Shown here piece by piece: positions 1-10,162 of a DNA stretch of 64,000 nt. Below the pieces are notes generated by a model. The model saw only the letters and a program-made list of their open reading frames with translations. It was not told the origin of the DNA and did not search any database. Each line of letters opens with the position of its first letter. Within the stretch, counting starts at the first letter, position 1. Position numbers and translations under genes: made by a program. Source of the stretch: Candidatus Omnitrophota bacterium (lineage in GTDB: Bacteria > Omnitrophota > Gorgyraeia > Zapsychrales > Zapsychraceae); contig JAJDCB010000030.1 of the NCBI GenBank assembly GCA_029261065.1, positions 48,196 to 112,195 of the forward strand. Direction: 5' to 3'.

Positions 1-10
1 GACATTACGT

Positions 11-541
11 TTGATTATAGGATTTTTTATTTCATTAACGGTATTGTTTTTGGGGACGAATGTTGATGCGCATCACATTCGTGGGCTTCCTCATTATGGT
101 TATGCCGATAATTATCCGCAGACACCGACATATGAAGAAATACGTAGTGTAGGTGATTGGGAGATTAACTATTCTTATATTAGAATTTTTGAGACTAAAG
201 TGTGTGATCTAGCGGTCTATATCAAAAATACAAAAACAGGCAAACCGTATCAGGGGTCAGTTTCTTTTCATGTTTTTGCGCAGTGGGAAAAGCCGGAAGA
301 TACACACGCCTTTGACACGTTATTAGATCCTACAAATACGTTTCGTGTTCAATGGGTGTATGAAGACGATGGTTATTATTTTGTTCGGATTAAATTTGTC
401 GTTGATAATGAAGAGATTGTCGAAGAGTTTAAAATGCAGATGGGGGAGGTTGGTTTTAACTTCTTGTGGCTTATCTTGCCAGGTTCTGTCCTTTTGATTC
501 TTGTGTTGTTAGTTGTGTTTAAGAGGAGAGTGTCAAAGTGA
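11..541 (+). CDS. Exported protein with C-terminal membrane anchor (YtkA/Ig-like fold possible)
   Basis: N-terminal signal peptide, beta-rich middle, C-terminal TM helix plus basic tail; overlaps next gene. Confidence 0.6.
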   Translation: MIIGFFISLTVLFLGTNVDAHHIRGLPHYGYADNYPQTPTYEEIRSVGDWEINYSYIRIFETKVCDLAVYIKNTKTGKPYQGSVSFHVFAQWEKPEDTHAFDTLLDPTNTFRVQWVYEDDGYYFVRIKFVVDNEEIVEEFKMQMGEVGFNFLWLILPGSVLLILVLLVVFKRRVSK

Positions 542-2136
542 AGGGAAGCATGAAAGGAAGTATGAGCAGTTCCTTGGGGACGGATGGGTCCATGATTCAG
601 GACTCAGAGATGATTATGTCCGGGATCCCTGCATGGTTATTTTTTTTGGGAATTGGTCTTATATTAGTTGTGTCTTTTATAGCGGTTGAACTTCTCAATC
701 AAAAAACCAAGGAGAAGAAAAAATATTGGACGTTTAATCTGTTGAGTATAAAGTTTCTGGATACGTTAGTAAAAAAACCTTATTTTAAATTTTTATTTCA
801 GTTTCCGATGTTTTTGATTTTTTGTTTTATTATTTATGCAGGAATTTTTGGTCATGGCATCATCAATATAGCTCCTATTCTAACTTGGACGATTTGGTGG
901 ACAGGTTTGATATTTCTTATTTTGTTTTTTGGAAAAGCATGGTGTTTTGTTTGTCCGTGGGATTTTGTGGCGACATTATTTCAACATGGCAAACCGTTTG
1001 GTGTGAGCCGGCGCCCCTTTACTCTTGGATTAAAATGGCCTGAGAAATTTAACAATATTTATTTAGCGATCGGATTCTTTGTTGTTTTAACATGGTTTGA
1101 ACTCGGGTATAAAGTGACCTCCTCCCCGAGGGGAACAGCGATTATGGCTATTATGATGGTCTTCTTGGCTGTTTTTTCTGCTTTGATTTTTGAAAAAAGA
1201 TCATTCTGTAAACACGCCTGCCTGGTGGGACGCATTCAGGGTTTGTATTCAATGTTTGCTCCGGTTGAAATACGTGCTAATAAGTTATCGGTATGTGCCA
1301 CATGTGATACCAAGGATTGCTATTCAGGAAATGATAAAGGCAATGTTTGTCCGACATCGTTGACGATGCCGCAGGTGACAGCGAACAGTTATTGCATCCT
1401 ATGTACGGAGTGTATTAAAAGCTGTCCGCATGATAATATTGGTATTAATATTAGGCCGTTTGGAACTGACCTTGGCCGTTTTAAACGCGTTTTACCAGAT
1501 GAAGCGTGGCTGGCATTAGTTCTTCTTGTCTTAACGAGTTTTCACGGTTTAACCATGACACCGATGTGGGATTCTTTATCAGGGCCTTCCATTATTGGTT
1601 CTATACAATCTACATTTCACGTTGGCCGATTAAGTGCGTTTACGATAGGGATGGTTTCTTTTAATGGACTTTTGTTAGCTTTTTATTATTTGATCGCGTT
1701 ACTGACTTTTTATGTCGTCAAGGAAAAGGACGTTCCTATAAAGAGAATATTTGTTTATTATGCCTTCTCTATCCTTCCGGTTGCTTTGTTCTATCATTTG
1801 GCGCATAATGTCATGCATATTTTTATGGAAGGACCAATGGTTATTCCATTATTGTCTGATCCGCTAGGCGAAGGGAAGAATTTATTTGGAACAGCCACTT
1901 GGCAGGTTGGATCGGTGTTATCAACGAATGCGATCTGGATTATTCAAGTAGGGCTTGTCCTCTTAGGGCATATCTTTGGTATTGTGATTGCTCATTATGT
2001 GTCACGCAAATTATACAGCGATCCAAAGAAAGCCAGGGTGTCCCTTTTTCCTATGCTCTTAGGAATGATTGCCTATTCCTTTCTGTCGTTATGGATCATG
2101 CATTTAGATATGAATATGAGAAGCAGTTTGATGTAA
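538..2136 (+). CDS. Membrane 4Fe-4S polyferredoxin (NapH/MauN/FixG-like)
   Basis: Many TM helices, WCFVCP and FCKHAC motifs, CILCTECIKSCP ferredoxin motif. Confidence 0.8.
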   Translation: MKGSMKGSMSSSLGTDGSMIQDSEMIMSGIPAWLFFLGIGLILVVSFIAVELLNQKTKEKKKYWTFNLLSIKFLDTLVKKPYFKFLFQFPMFLIFCFIIYAGIFGHGIINIAPILTWTIWWTGLIFLILFFGKAWCFVCPWDFVATLFQHGKPFGVSRRPFTLGLKWPEKFNNIYLAIGFFVVLTWFELGYKVTSSPRGTAIMAIMMVFLAVFSALIFEKRSFCKHACLVGRIQGLYSMFAPVEIRANKLSVCATCDTKDCYSGNDKGNVCPTSLTMPQVTANSYCILCTECIKSCPHDNIGINIRPFGTDLGRFKRVLPDEAWLALVLLVLTSFHGLTMTPMWDSLSGPSIIGSIQSTFHVGRLSAFTIGMVSFNGLLLAFYYLIALLTFYVVKEKDVPIKRIFVYYAFSILPVALFYHLAHNVMHIFMEGPMVIPLLSDPLGEGKNLFGTATWQVGSVLSTNAIWIIQVGLVLLGHIFGIVIAHYVSRKLYSDPKKARVSLFPMLLGMIAYSFLSLWIMHLDMNMRSSLM

Positions 2137-2169
2137 GAAAACTGTTGTTCCAAAAAAAACCTGTAAACC

Positions 2170-2195
2170 TGTCATTCCCGAGACATCGGGAATCT
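2170..2195. repeat. REP-like palindrome (GTCATTCCCG..CGGGAATC family)
   Basis: tgtcATTCCCGAgacaTCGGGAATct; related copies at 22.9-23.0 kb, 33.4 kb and 44.3 kb. Confidence 0.65.
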
Positions 2196-2207
2196 AATTA
2201 GAGATCC

Positions 2208-2798
2208 ATGAGCGATAAACCGATATCAAGAAGAGATTTTTTTAAACAAGGTTTCACAGAAGCGTTTAATTCTGTCCGGGAAGTCACGAATGCAGCGTGG
2301 GGGCCTGAAAAAGCGAAAGCACACAAGCCAGAACTTATTCGTCCTCCAGGAGCCTTGTTGGAGGAGCAATTTCTTGATAAATGCACACGATGCAACGAAT
2401 GCGCGAAAGTTTGTCCAGAAGAAGCTATTATACAATTTGTTGGTGAAGACTCGGTCAATCATTTAACACCCATGCTCAATTTACGTAAATCAGCATGTGT
2501 TTTGTGTGAAGGTTTTCCATGTGTCAAGGCGTGTGAACCAGCAGCGTTAGTGATGCCTTCATCGGCTAAAGAAGTCAAGATGGGAACAGCGGTTATTAAT
2601 CAAAAACTGTGTCACGCTTGGGCTGATGGGGCTGATTGTGATTATTGTGTTAAAGAGTGTCCTTTTCCCCAAGAGGCGATTTATTTGGATGACAACCGGC
2701 ATCCCGTTGTTAATGAAGAGATATGTACAGGATGCGGTTTATGTGAGAATATATGTCCTAGCCGTCAATCTGCGATTATCATAAAAAGATTAGAGTAG
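2208..2798 (+). CDS. NapF/NapG/MauM-type multi-4Fe-4S ferredoxin
   Basis: SRRDFFK N-terminus, IRPPGA, several CxxCxxCxxxCP motifs. Confidence 0.85.
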   Translation: MSDKPISRRDFFKQGFTEAFNSVREVTNAAWGPEKAKAHKPELIRPPGALLEEQFLDKCTRCNECAKVCPEEAIIQFVGEDSVNHLTPMLNLRKSACVLCEGFPCVKACEPAALVMPSSAKEVKMGTAVINQKLCHAWADGADCDYCVKECPFPQEAIYLDDNRHPVVNEEICTGCGLCENICPSRQSAIIIKRLE

Positions 2799-2850
2799 TT
2801 CTGATGGTGGGATGAAATTTTTTTTGTTACTAATTAAGGAATGAACTGAT

Positions 2851-3336
2851 ATGGATGATCATACAGAAAACAATCAACCCCACGTTCTTTCGATCAATAT
2901 TTCAAAAGGTGGCGTTCCTAAGTTGCCCGTGGATGCGGTGTTTATTAATGTTCAAGGTTTAGAGGGGGATGGTCATAATCACGAAAAACATTATCGTCTG
3001 ACACAAGCTGTTTGTATTCAGGATATGGAACAACTTGAAGAGCTTGTGAAAAAAGGATATCCCTTGGGACCTGGTAGTGCAGGTGAAAATCTTACGGTTT
3101 GTTGTTTAAACGTTAATTCTTTGCCTATTGGAACGATATTGGAGTTCGCCGGTGGTGTTAAACTTGAGATTACGCGCGTCCGGCCGACGTGTTATGTCAT
3201 GGATCAAATCAATCCTATGCTCAAAGAGGATGCAGATGGTTGTCATGGTATGTATGCTAAAGTTATACAAAGTGGAACGATGAAGAAAAATGAAATGATT
3301 AGCGTGCATCAAGAAACAAAGCAGGGGTCTTATTAA
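2851..3336 (+). CDS. MOSC domain protein
   Basis: GLEGDGH, AGENLTV, RPTC motifs typical of MOSC. Confidence 0.85.
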   Translation: MDDHTENNQPHVLSINISKGGVPKLPVDAVFINVQGLEGDGHNHEKHYRLTQAVCIQDMEQLEELVKKGYPLGPGSAGENLTVCCLNVNSLPIGTILEFAGGVKLEITRVRPTCYVMDQINPMLKEDADGCHGMYAKVIQSGTMKKNEMISVHQETKQGSY

Positions 3337-3495
3337 TACGCGGAATTCTTCTTATATTTATTCATCTTTATTTTTTAAAAAATAATGTTATAATCATGAA
3401 TTAATTTCGCTCATACTCTATGTTATAGAGCGTTTACCTGTTTAGTTGTACGAATTCGTTCAAATTGTGACGGGCTCACTTTTAATAGAGTTAAT

Positions 3496-4515
3496 ATGAA
3501 AATTATTAGAAGAATTTTTCTTTGGTTTGTCGTTATAACCATTACAATCCTCACTTTAACGTGTGTTTTTCTTCAAACAAAAGGGCGAGAGCTTCTTGCT
3601 CAGAATTTTAGCAATGCCTTAAATCGTGATGTCAAGATTAGGGAAGTCCGCTATGTTTATCCAGCCGGATTTCAATTGTATGATACGTCCGTGGATGGTC
3701 TCATCATTGCGCGTCGTATTAGAATTTTTGCCAGATTGAGTACGTTGTGGCAGAAAGAATATAGGATAACGGAATTAAAGATTATTGAGCCAAAGCTAAC
3801 TTTTTTAAGATTAGAAAATGGTAAGTTTTTAATCGATGGCCTAGATAAGCAGTTAATAAGTCCTTCGCAATCAGAAGGTCAACCCGGCAATTCTCCGTAT
3901 GTTACGGATCTAGAAGAGACTTCAAAAGACAGTACAGAAGCGCAAATATTTATTGATAAAGTTGTCATCGAGGAGGGGGAATTTCAATTTAAAGATTTAT
4001 ACGTCAACTCTGTTAACCCCGCTTTTGATATGCGTGAATTAACGTTTGATCATACGGCAGTAACTTTGACGAATATAAAGCTTCCTATGAAGCAAGATAA
4101 ATTGAATTTTGATTTTTTGGCAAATGTAAAGGCTAAAGGTAAACCGCTCAATGATAATCGTTTAAAAATTTTGGGTTGGATGGATTACGAGAAAAAGGAT
4201 ATGGATGCCGCGCTAACATTATTTAATCTCGATGGGAGTGAGGGGGCATCAGCTCAGATGATTTCAGAGAATAATCACATGCAAGTCAGCGGTGTTTTAA
4301 GTATTCATGATTTAAATTTATTCAATCAAAAAAGTAAGCCATCACAAGGAGCATCTGTGGATCAAATTGTTTTAGGCGCCCTTTCTTCGATGAATGTTGC
4401 CATTGATACCCAATTTTCATTTGAAACACTTATGGATGATTTCCAGATTAAGAACATCTCTTTTTCAGGTAATTTGACAGATAAGGGTGTTGATAAGCAA
4501 AAAGTGCCTCAGTAA
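3496..4515 (+). CDS. AsmA/DUF748-like membrane-anchored protein
   Basis: N-terminal TM helix followed by AsmA-like beta-repeat region. Confidence 0.6.
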   Translation: MKIIRRIFLWFVVITITILTLTCVFLQTKGRELLAQNFSNALNRDVKIREVRYVYPAGFQLYDTSVDGLIIARRIRIFARLSTLWQKEYRITELKIIEPKLTFLRLENGKFLIDGLDKQLISPSQSEGQPGNSPYVTDLEETSKDSTEAQIFIDKVVIEEGEFQFKDLYVNSVNPAFDMRELTFDHTAVTLTNIKLPMKQDKLNFDFLANVKAKGKPLNDNRLKILGWMDYEKKDMDAALTLFNLDGSEGASAQMISENNHMQVSGVLSIHDLNLFNQKSKPSQGASVDQIVLGALSSMNVAIDTQFSFETLMDDFQIKNISFSGNLTDKGVDKQKVPQ

Positions 4516-4523
4516 GGATTTTA

Positions 4524-4551
4524 TTGCTGAATTAGAAATTTGTGATAAAAT
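4524..4551 (+). promoter_or_regulatory. Putative sigma70 promoter of tRNA-His
   Basis: TTGCTG-16 nt-TAAAAT with extended TG. Confidence 0.4.
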
Positions 4552-4593
4552 TGAGCCATTCTTTTGTTCTAAAAAAAGTTAAAATATTTTTAT

Positions 4594-4671
4594 GGTGGGT
4601 GTAGCTCAGTCCGGTAGAGCTCCTGGTTGTGGTCCAGGCGGTCGCGGGTTCAAGTCCCGTCACTCACCCCA
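4594..4671 (+). tRNA. tRNA-His (GTG)
   Basis: G-1, acceptor GTGGGTG/CACTCAC, anticodon arm CCTGG-TTGTGGT-CCAGG, T arm GGTTCAAGTCC, C discriminator, encoded CCA. Confidence 0.97.
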
Positions 4672-6231
4672 TTTTTCATTTTTTGCGTAGGATTTTTCGT
4701 AAACCTCAGTGTTTTCAACAGGATGATGAGGTTCTAACCGTTTATGAAGGGCCTGAACTCCTGGGGCTACTTCTCCAACTAGTTCAAGTGGTTTGTCGAG
4801 GGGAATAGATAGCTTTCTATCTAAAAGAAAGAGGTTCGAACCTAAAGCAGCTAGAATATCTCGTTTGTCATCTATCGTACCGAGTTCAAACCTATCTTTA
4901 GCGGTCTCAGCAAAATTCAGCATTGTTTCAGCGCGATCCAGCCACGTTTCTGCACGATTATTGGAATCATTTATTAATTCTTCGTATTTGTGCTTTTCTT
5001 GAATTAGCTTTTCTTTATGTTTTGAGAATTCTTCCGAACTGACCTCCCCGCTTAATCGGAGATCGAGTAATGCATCTAGTTTTCGTTTGCAAGTATCCCA
5101 CGCTTTACGGTGTGCGGTGACAATTTCCTTTTGATCTTCGGTTTCGTTAGCCTGTTCGGCTTTGAGTTGTTTGATTGCCCATTGATGAAATGAGGGAGGG
5201 ATGTTAATCTTGATTAAGGTATCTGTGATCTGTGTTTCAAGATCTTCCATTCGAACAGGTTTTTGAGAACATTTTTTAATTCGTTTAGTACAACGATAGT
5301 AAGTATAGTGATGAGTATTTCCATTTTTTTGATGTTTGGTTTTTTCTTCGGCTGTAATAGCCGCGCCACATTCACCGCAACGGATTAATCCTGTATAAGC
5401 GAAGCTGTGTGTTTTAGAGCAGGTAAAGGATCGTCTATCTAGAATTGTCTGAATCTCATTAAATTGGGATTTACTGATCATGGGTTTATGGTTACCAGGA
5501 TAAAGATTACTTTTCCATTTAAAATGACCATAATAAAATGGGTTACGAAACAACTCATGCATCTTACTTAGACTAAGAGGTTTATTGTTTGACGATGTTA
5601 ACCCAATTTTCTTAGAAAAAGTGTGGATAGATTTAATCGAACATTTTTTCTGGATTAATGTATCCCACAATTTTCTAACGAGTGCAAATTTGTCAGGATC
5701 TTTGTGTATAGGGGGAAGGTCGGGAAGTTTGTGTTTGTTATTCAAATATCCAATAGGTGGTTTATGTGGATACCAGCCATCTTCAACTTTTTTCCGCATA
5801 CCTCGTTTTGTATTTACGCTTAAATCAATTACAAATTGATTCGCCATACCAAATTCCAAGTTCATCATTAAAACGTTGTCAGAGGGCAAATAACCACGTT
5901 GGAAGGTCTGTATGTGTTGGATGATGCCTTGTTGGAGCATCCAGTTAATTTTGCCTCCGTCAATGGGATTTCGAGCTAGGCGGTCAAGTTTCCAGCAAAT
6001 AATACCATTCGCCTGTCCGTTTTGAATAGCATCAAGCATTTCATTGATTATTGGACGACCAGGTGCTTTAGCTGATTTTTCTTCGGTATAAATATCAGTA
6101 ATTTTCAGATTTTTATCTTTAGCAAGGTTTTTAAGTTCACTAATTTGGGAGGGAATGGAGGCTACTTGTTTGTCTTCACTCTCAGAAGATTTTCGTGCAT
6201 AAAGAAAATATTTAATTGGTGTCGAAATCAT
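4660..6231 (-). CDS. Large serine recombinase (resolvase + recombinase + zinc ribbon + coiled coil)
   Basis: YARKSS catalytic motif, DRLAR, CGECG..YYRC..C zinc ribbon; stop codon lies inside the tRNA antisense. Confidence 0.95.
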   Translation of the reverse strand: MISTPIKYFLYARKSSESEDKQVASIPSQISELKNLAKDKNLKITDIYTEEKSAKAPGRPIINEMLDAIQNGQANGIICWKLDRLARNPIDGGKINWMLQQGIIQHIQTFQRGYLPSDNVLMMNLEFGMANQFVIDLSVNTKRGMRKKVEDGWYPHKPPIGYLNNKHKLPDLPPIHKDPDKFALVRKLWDTLIQKKCSIKSIHTFSKKIGLTSSNNKPLSLSKMHELFRNPFYYGHFKWKSNLYPGNHKPMISKSQFNEIQTILDRRSFTCSKTHSFAYTGLIRCGECGAAITAEEKTKHQKNGNTHHYTYYRCTKRIKKCSQKPVRMEDLETQITDTLIKINIPPSFHQWAIKQLKAEQANETEDQKEIVTAHRKAWDTCKRKLDALLDLRLSGEVSSEEFSKHKEKLIQEKHKYEELINDSNNRAETWLDRAETMLNFAETAKDRFELGTIDDKRDILAALGSNLFLLDRKLSIPLDKPLELVGEVAPGVQALHKRLEPHHPVENTEVYEKSYAKNEKWGE

Positions 6232-6401
6232 TGCTCAATTTTTTGTAACAGCTTTTTTAAGTCGGATTCTTTATAAAGACGATAGTTATTTATTGGATGT
6301 CTGTGTGGTTTTAGCTTGTCCGCTTTATCCCAATTTCGTAAAGTCTGTCCGGTTACTTTTAAAAGTTTTGCGGCTTCTTTAATTGTTATGTAATTGCTCA
6401 T
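6228..6401 (-). CDS. MerR-type HTH, probable excisionase/directionality factor
   Basis: ITIKEAAKLLKVTGQTLRNWD..YRLY; RBS before ATG 6401; ATGA overlap with LSR start. Confidence 0.8.
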   Translation of the reverse strand: MSNYITIKEAAKLLKVTGQTLRNWDKADKLKPHRHPINNYRLYKESDLKKLLQKIEQ

Positions 6402-6550
6402 AATGCCCCTCTCCTTAACCTTATAAAACATTATAAATTAGTAAGATAGTAAATCAAAGCATATTCTTTTCTTTTAAAATTTGGTAAATATGATTTAAAA
6501 TTTGTGTTTTATTTAGTCGAACAATTATTTTTTTCATTGTTTATAATTTG

Positions 6551-6636
6551 AATGACAAGAATGACAAGTTTTTCTTATTTAAACCATTAATCGTGAATAA
6601 TAATTAAAGTATAGTGTTATTGTCATTCTTGTCATT
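6551..6636. repeat. Iteron-like inverted repeat, putative replication origin
   Basis: AATGACAAGAATGACAA (6551-6567) and its exact reverse complement (6620-6636) around an AT-rich spacer, at the 3' end of the primase gene. Confidence 0.75.
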
Positions 6637-8818
6637 GATTTTTTTTGAAAAAGTAAGAGCTTTTAATTCCTACCCAATAATGTGACTGCGCGTCTTTGTC
6701 TTCGCCAATAGAAAAATGTTTTATGAGCTGTTTGCCAAATTTAATCTTAGACAGTGGTCTGAAACAATTATCTTTGCACCAATTTTGATAGGTTTGGTGG
6801 AGATCACCTTTTTTGCTTGTTAATCCCTTCCCCAATCTACACGCCTCATCGACAAAAAGAAGAACATTGTTATTTTCTTTTTGATAATCAATCAGTTCTT
6901 CGCGGATAGATTTGTCTACTTCAAAATAATTTCGTTTTCGAAGTCGATTGAGTCCTAGTAAACACCAATTAAAAATTCCATTTAATTCGGTTTCCAGCTC
7001 ATATTTTAGGTTTTTGTTTTGTTCGCATTCGGGAAATTCCCGATTAAACCTTAATATAAGTAGTCTTCGAAAAAATGCGGGAGTCTTATCATCAACACGA
7101 GGCATATTGTTTAACGAAAAAACTAATTTGGAAAATGGGTTAAATTTAAAGGGTTGTTTAAATTTGTGGTCTGCCTGTATTTCATCGCCACTTATTACAG
7201 CTTTAAACATACTGTCGTATACTTCTGATTTGACGTTTGTTTCGGTACTGATATTAGCTAATTTTCCAAAAAGATTGGCTAAATAATGCGAATCATTAAA
7301 TTTTTCTAAAGAAATAGCTGAATAATTATCTTTACCTAGAATTAAGCCAAGGATGTAAAGAATAACACTTTTGCCATTAGCGCCATCACCAATAAGAAAA
7401 AGGGCTTTTTCATATTTTGTTTCTTTTGTAAGACACAATCCCATAAATTCTTGAAGTGCCTGAATTTTCTCAATGTTCTGCTCAAATATTTCGTTAATAG
7501 TCTGTTCCCATAAGGGGCAATGGGTATGTTTATTGAACTCAATATTTAGTTGAATCGTTGAGTAATTGTCTTGGTTGTGTTCTGTTAAAGCAAAGTTATC
7601 AAGATTAAATAGTCCATTCTTTAAATTGAGATATGGAGAACAATTAAGAATATTAGGGACAATAAAAGATTTTATTTTTAAAAAATGTATTATTTCATGG
7701 CTTTTGCGTTGGCTCGTTTTTGTTTTAAGGATTTCTAAGGTTAATTGATGTATTTGTTCTTCATGTGTTTTTGTGTAAACTCCCTCTGAATATTGATAAA
7801 AATTTTCTGCAGAGAATATGATTTTATTTTGCCCGAGTATTAAGTCAGCAATTTTTACGGAATTTATGCTTCCTCCGTCAATAAACTCTATGTTAGATGC
7901 GCTTTCTTTAGATTTGATAAAATCTTTAAGAAGGGAATCTTTTGCTTTTTGGAGTGAGTGCTTAAGATATGGATTTCCTTGTAACCTATATTTTTCTCCA
8001 ATAGGGTAATGTGTAAAAATTTTATATATTTCGTTATCAGTTGCTCCTGATTTGAGTAGGTTGATGATAACTTTAAAGTCAGCTTCGCTTCTCGACTCAA
8101 AACTATCTTGTGGTTTTTTGCCTTTTTCAATAAGTTGTCTGGTTTCATTAGAGAGATTAAGGGTATTTAGATTAATATTGTCTTGGATTGAGAGTTCTTT
8201 ATTAATTTTTAGGTTTTTTTGAAAGTCGCTAATTTTATAACGTAATGAATCGTCAAAATAGATGATTTTTACTTCTTTATGGTCATGTAGTACTTTACAG
8301 TTAGTTGTTGATGGTATTCGTAGTATTCGGTCAATATTATGAGTTCCATTATCTCCATGAAGGTCGGTGACTAATAGTTTCAGTATGTTTTCTATATTTT
8401 CAAAATTGTCTACAGGGAATAAGCCCGTTAATAACCAATAACAATGCAAACCATACCCGGAATCAACGATAATGGAAGGGGGTAGTTTGTAGCTTTTGAT
8501 AAATGTTATAGCCTCGCTTTGGGTTTTAAAGAAACAGTATTTTTTGTGTCCAATTTTTCCATAGTCAACATCTGTCCAGAGGCTTGTAATAAATTCTATT
8601 GATTCTTTTTTTCCTGATTGTTTTGATCGTGGAGCTACACCAAAATAGATGTCACCTGTTAATGTTGGCGTTAATTCAATAGCTTCAGTAATAGACTTTG
8701 CGAAATGTTGTTCTGCCTTACTATTTTTGATTGTTCGAATTTCTAAATAGCCTGACTGGTAGTCGAAAAAAGGAAGGAATAATGCATTAAAGAATTTTTG
8801 AGTTTCAAGTATTTTCAT
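6632..8818 (-). CDS. AEP (RepB'-like) primase fused to D5/P4-type SF3 helicase
   Basis: WTDVD, SGYGLHCYW, RILRIP primase motifs; GDGANGKS Walker A; ATG 8818 preferred over GTG 8833. Confidence 0.9.
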   Translation of the reverse strand: MKILETQKFFNALFLPFFDYQSGYLEIRTIKNSKAEQHFAKSITEAIELTPTLTGDIYFGVAPRSKQSGKKESIEFITSLWTDVDYGKIGHKKYCFFKTQSEAITFIKSYKLPPSIIVDSGYGLHCYWLLTGLFPVDNFENIENILKLLVTDLHGDNGTHNIDRILRIPSTTNCKVLHDHKEVKIIYFDDSLRYKISDFQKNLKINKELSIQDNINLNTLNLSNETRQLIEKGKKPQDSFESRSEADFKVIINLLKSGATDNEIYKIFTHYPIGEKYRLQGNPYLKHSLQKAKDSLLKDFIKSKESASNIEFIDGGSINSVKIADLILGQNKIIFSAENFYQYSEGVYTKTHEEQIHQLTLEILKTKTSQRKSHEIIHFLKIKSFIVPNILNCSPYLNLKNGLFNLDNFALTEHNQDNYSTIQLNIEFNKHTHCPLWEQTINEIFEQNIEKIQALQEFMGLCLTKETKYEKALFLIGDGANGKSVILYILGLILGKDNYSAISLEKFNDSHYLANLFGKLANISTETNVKSEVYDSMFKAVISGDEIQADHKFKQPFKFNPFSKLVFSLNNMPRVDDKTPAFFRRLLILRFNREFPECEQNKNLKYELETELNGIFNWCLLGLNRLRKRNYFEVDKSIREELIDYQKENNNVLLFVDEACRLGKGLTSKKGDLHQTYQNWCKDNCFRPLSKIKFGKQLIKHFSIGEDKDAQSHYWVGIKSSYFFKKNQ

Positions 8819-8966
8819 GAGTTGGGTGGTCACTTCCCGAGGTAATTGATCTATAAAGATTTAGTAGTTGGATTCCATTTTTTTCAGCTTCATCTTGAGT
8901 AAGATGAATTTTGTATTCATTGAAGTAAATTTCTTGAAATTTTTTAATGGCCTTTTGAGATAGCAT
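8805..8966 (-). CDS. Small hypothetical protein (53 aa) absent from the ORF track
   Basis: Manual translation MLSQKAIKKFQEIYFNEYKIHLTQDEAEKNGIQLLNLYRSITSGSDHPTHENT*; overlaps primase start. Confidence 0.65.
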   Translation of the reverse strand: MLSQKAIKKFQEIYFNEYKIHLTQDEAEKNGIQLLNLYRSITSGSDHPTHENT

Positions 8967-9101
8967 AGGTTATCCATGAGTGATTAAACCTTTATAATGT
9001 CTAATATACTATGTTCTCATTTTTATATAAGGGACAGGAAGGGGGGTGAGTTTTTAGGAACAAATGTCCCCTTGTGTAGGGGGTGAGGATTGTAACTTTA
9101 T

Positions 9102-10001
9102 TTATTTCATAGATTTAGGAATTGCAAAAGCTCTTAAAAAATCACTATCATCGATAAGTTCTTTAAAGATTGTAGAATGATTTTTTATTTTGAGAAATTT
9201 AAGAATAGCATGCAATTCATTAAAATATAAGCCGTCAGAAAATTTTTCATTTTGTTGAATTGATTTTTTTATAAGCCCTGAAAGATATAGGTTACGAATG
9301 TGTCTTTTTAATCCTGATTTTGTTTTAAAGAGAGATTTTGTTTTTGACCCAATCTTTAGATTGTTTTTTAATGAACTTTTATAAGATATAATGCGATTTC
9401 TTTCATATCGTTTAAATTTTTTGCTTTGAAGTTCTGATTTAAAATAATATGGTAACCTTTGTAATCTTTTTTTTATATTATCAACAGTTTTTAGATAGTA
9501 GTTTGGATGTCGTTTTTTCCAATCTTTCATACATGTTTTATCTGGAGTATTTTTGATAAGCAGGAAGAGGTCCGCCATAATTTCGCAGCGTTTTTTATCC
9601 CCTAATCTCATTAATAGGGTTTTCATGCTCATTAAGAATAAGGCTATATTAAATTCTTTTTTTTCTTTAGACCGGAAACGCTTGCGATACTCTTTGCCAA
9701 CTTTTAACTCAATTCTGAGAAATCTGTGCATAGGTTCAAATATATTCTTGTGAGTTTTAATTTTGGCTAACAGGTTACAATCTTGCTCAAGCTTTGATAG
9801 ATAAGCACGTGCTGGATCGGGCAATTCATTCTTCTTGTTAATATAATTCATGCTTTCAGCTATCCTTTTGGAATAGTCATTTCTCAAGAAAATCCAATTT
9901 TCTCTCTTTGAATTTTTTTTAATATCCTGAAAAAATTCATCTAAAACCCCAGTGGAGATTAATTGTTTTCCTGTGATTTTATTATAATTATTATCTTTCA
10001 T
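9102..10001 (-). CDS. Lysine-rich hypothetical protein
   Basis: 299 aa ORF co-oriented with the replication module; no recognised motif. Confidence 0.55.
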   Translation of the reverse strand: MKDNNYNKITGKQLISTGVLDEFFQDIKKNSKRENWIFLRNDYSKRIAESMNYINKKNELPDPARAYLSKLEQDCNLLAKIKTHKNIFEPMHRFLRIELKVGKEYRKRFRSKEKKEFNIALFLMSMKTLLMRLGDKKRCEIMADLFLLIKNTPDKTCMKDWKKRHPNYYLKTVDNIKKRLQRLPYYFKSELQSKKFKRYERNRIISYKSSLKNNLKIGSKTKSLFKTKSGLKRHIRNLYLSGLIKKSIQQNEKFSDGLYFNELHAILKFLKIKNHSTIFKELIDDSDFLRAFAIPKSMK

Positions 10002-10162
10002 GATTATTTTTGTAAGTTCTTATAATTTTATATTTGGAAAATGCTCTTCATTCGATTATAATGTTTTATAAGGTTTTTGTAAAATTAAATTACAAAGTAA
10101 GAAAATATTATTAAAATGATGTAGAGTATTGTGTTAGTGAAACTGGAGATTAAATTTCTAAA

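Noticed and set aside
8870-8890. Frameshift at the T7 run in the small ORF upstream of the primase
   Set aside because: Counting the bases shows the 53-aa ORF is open through the run.
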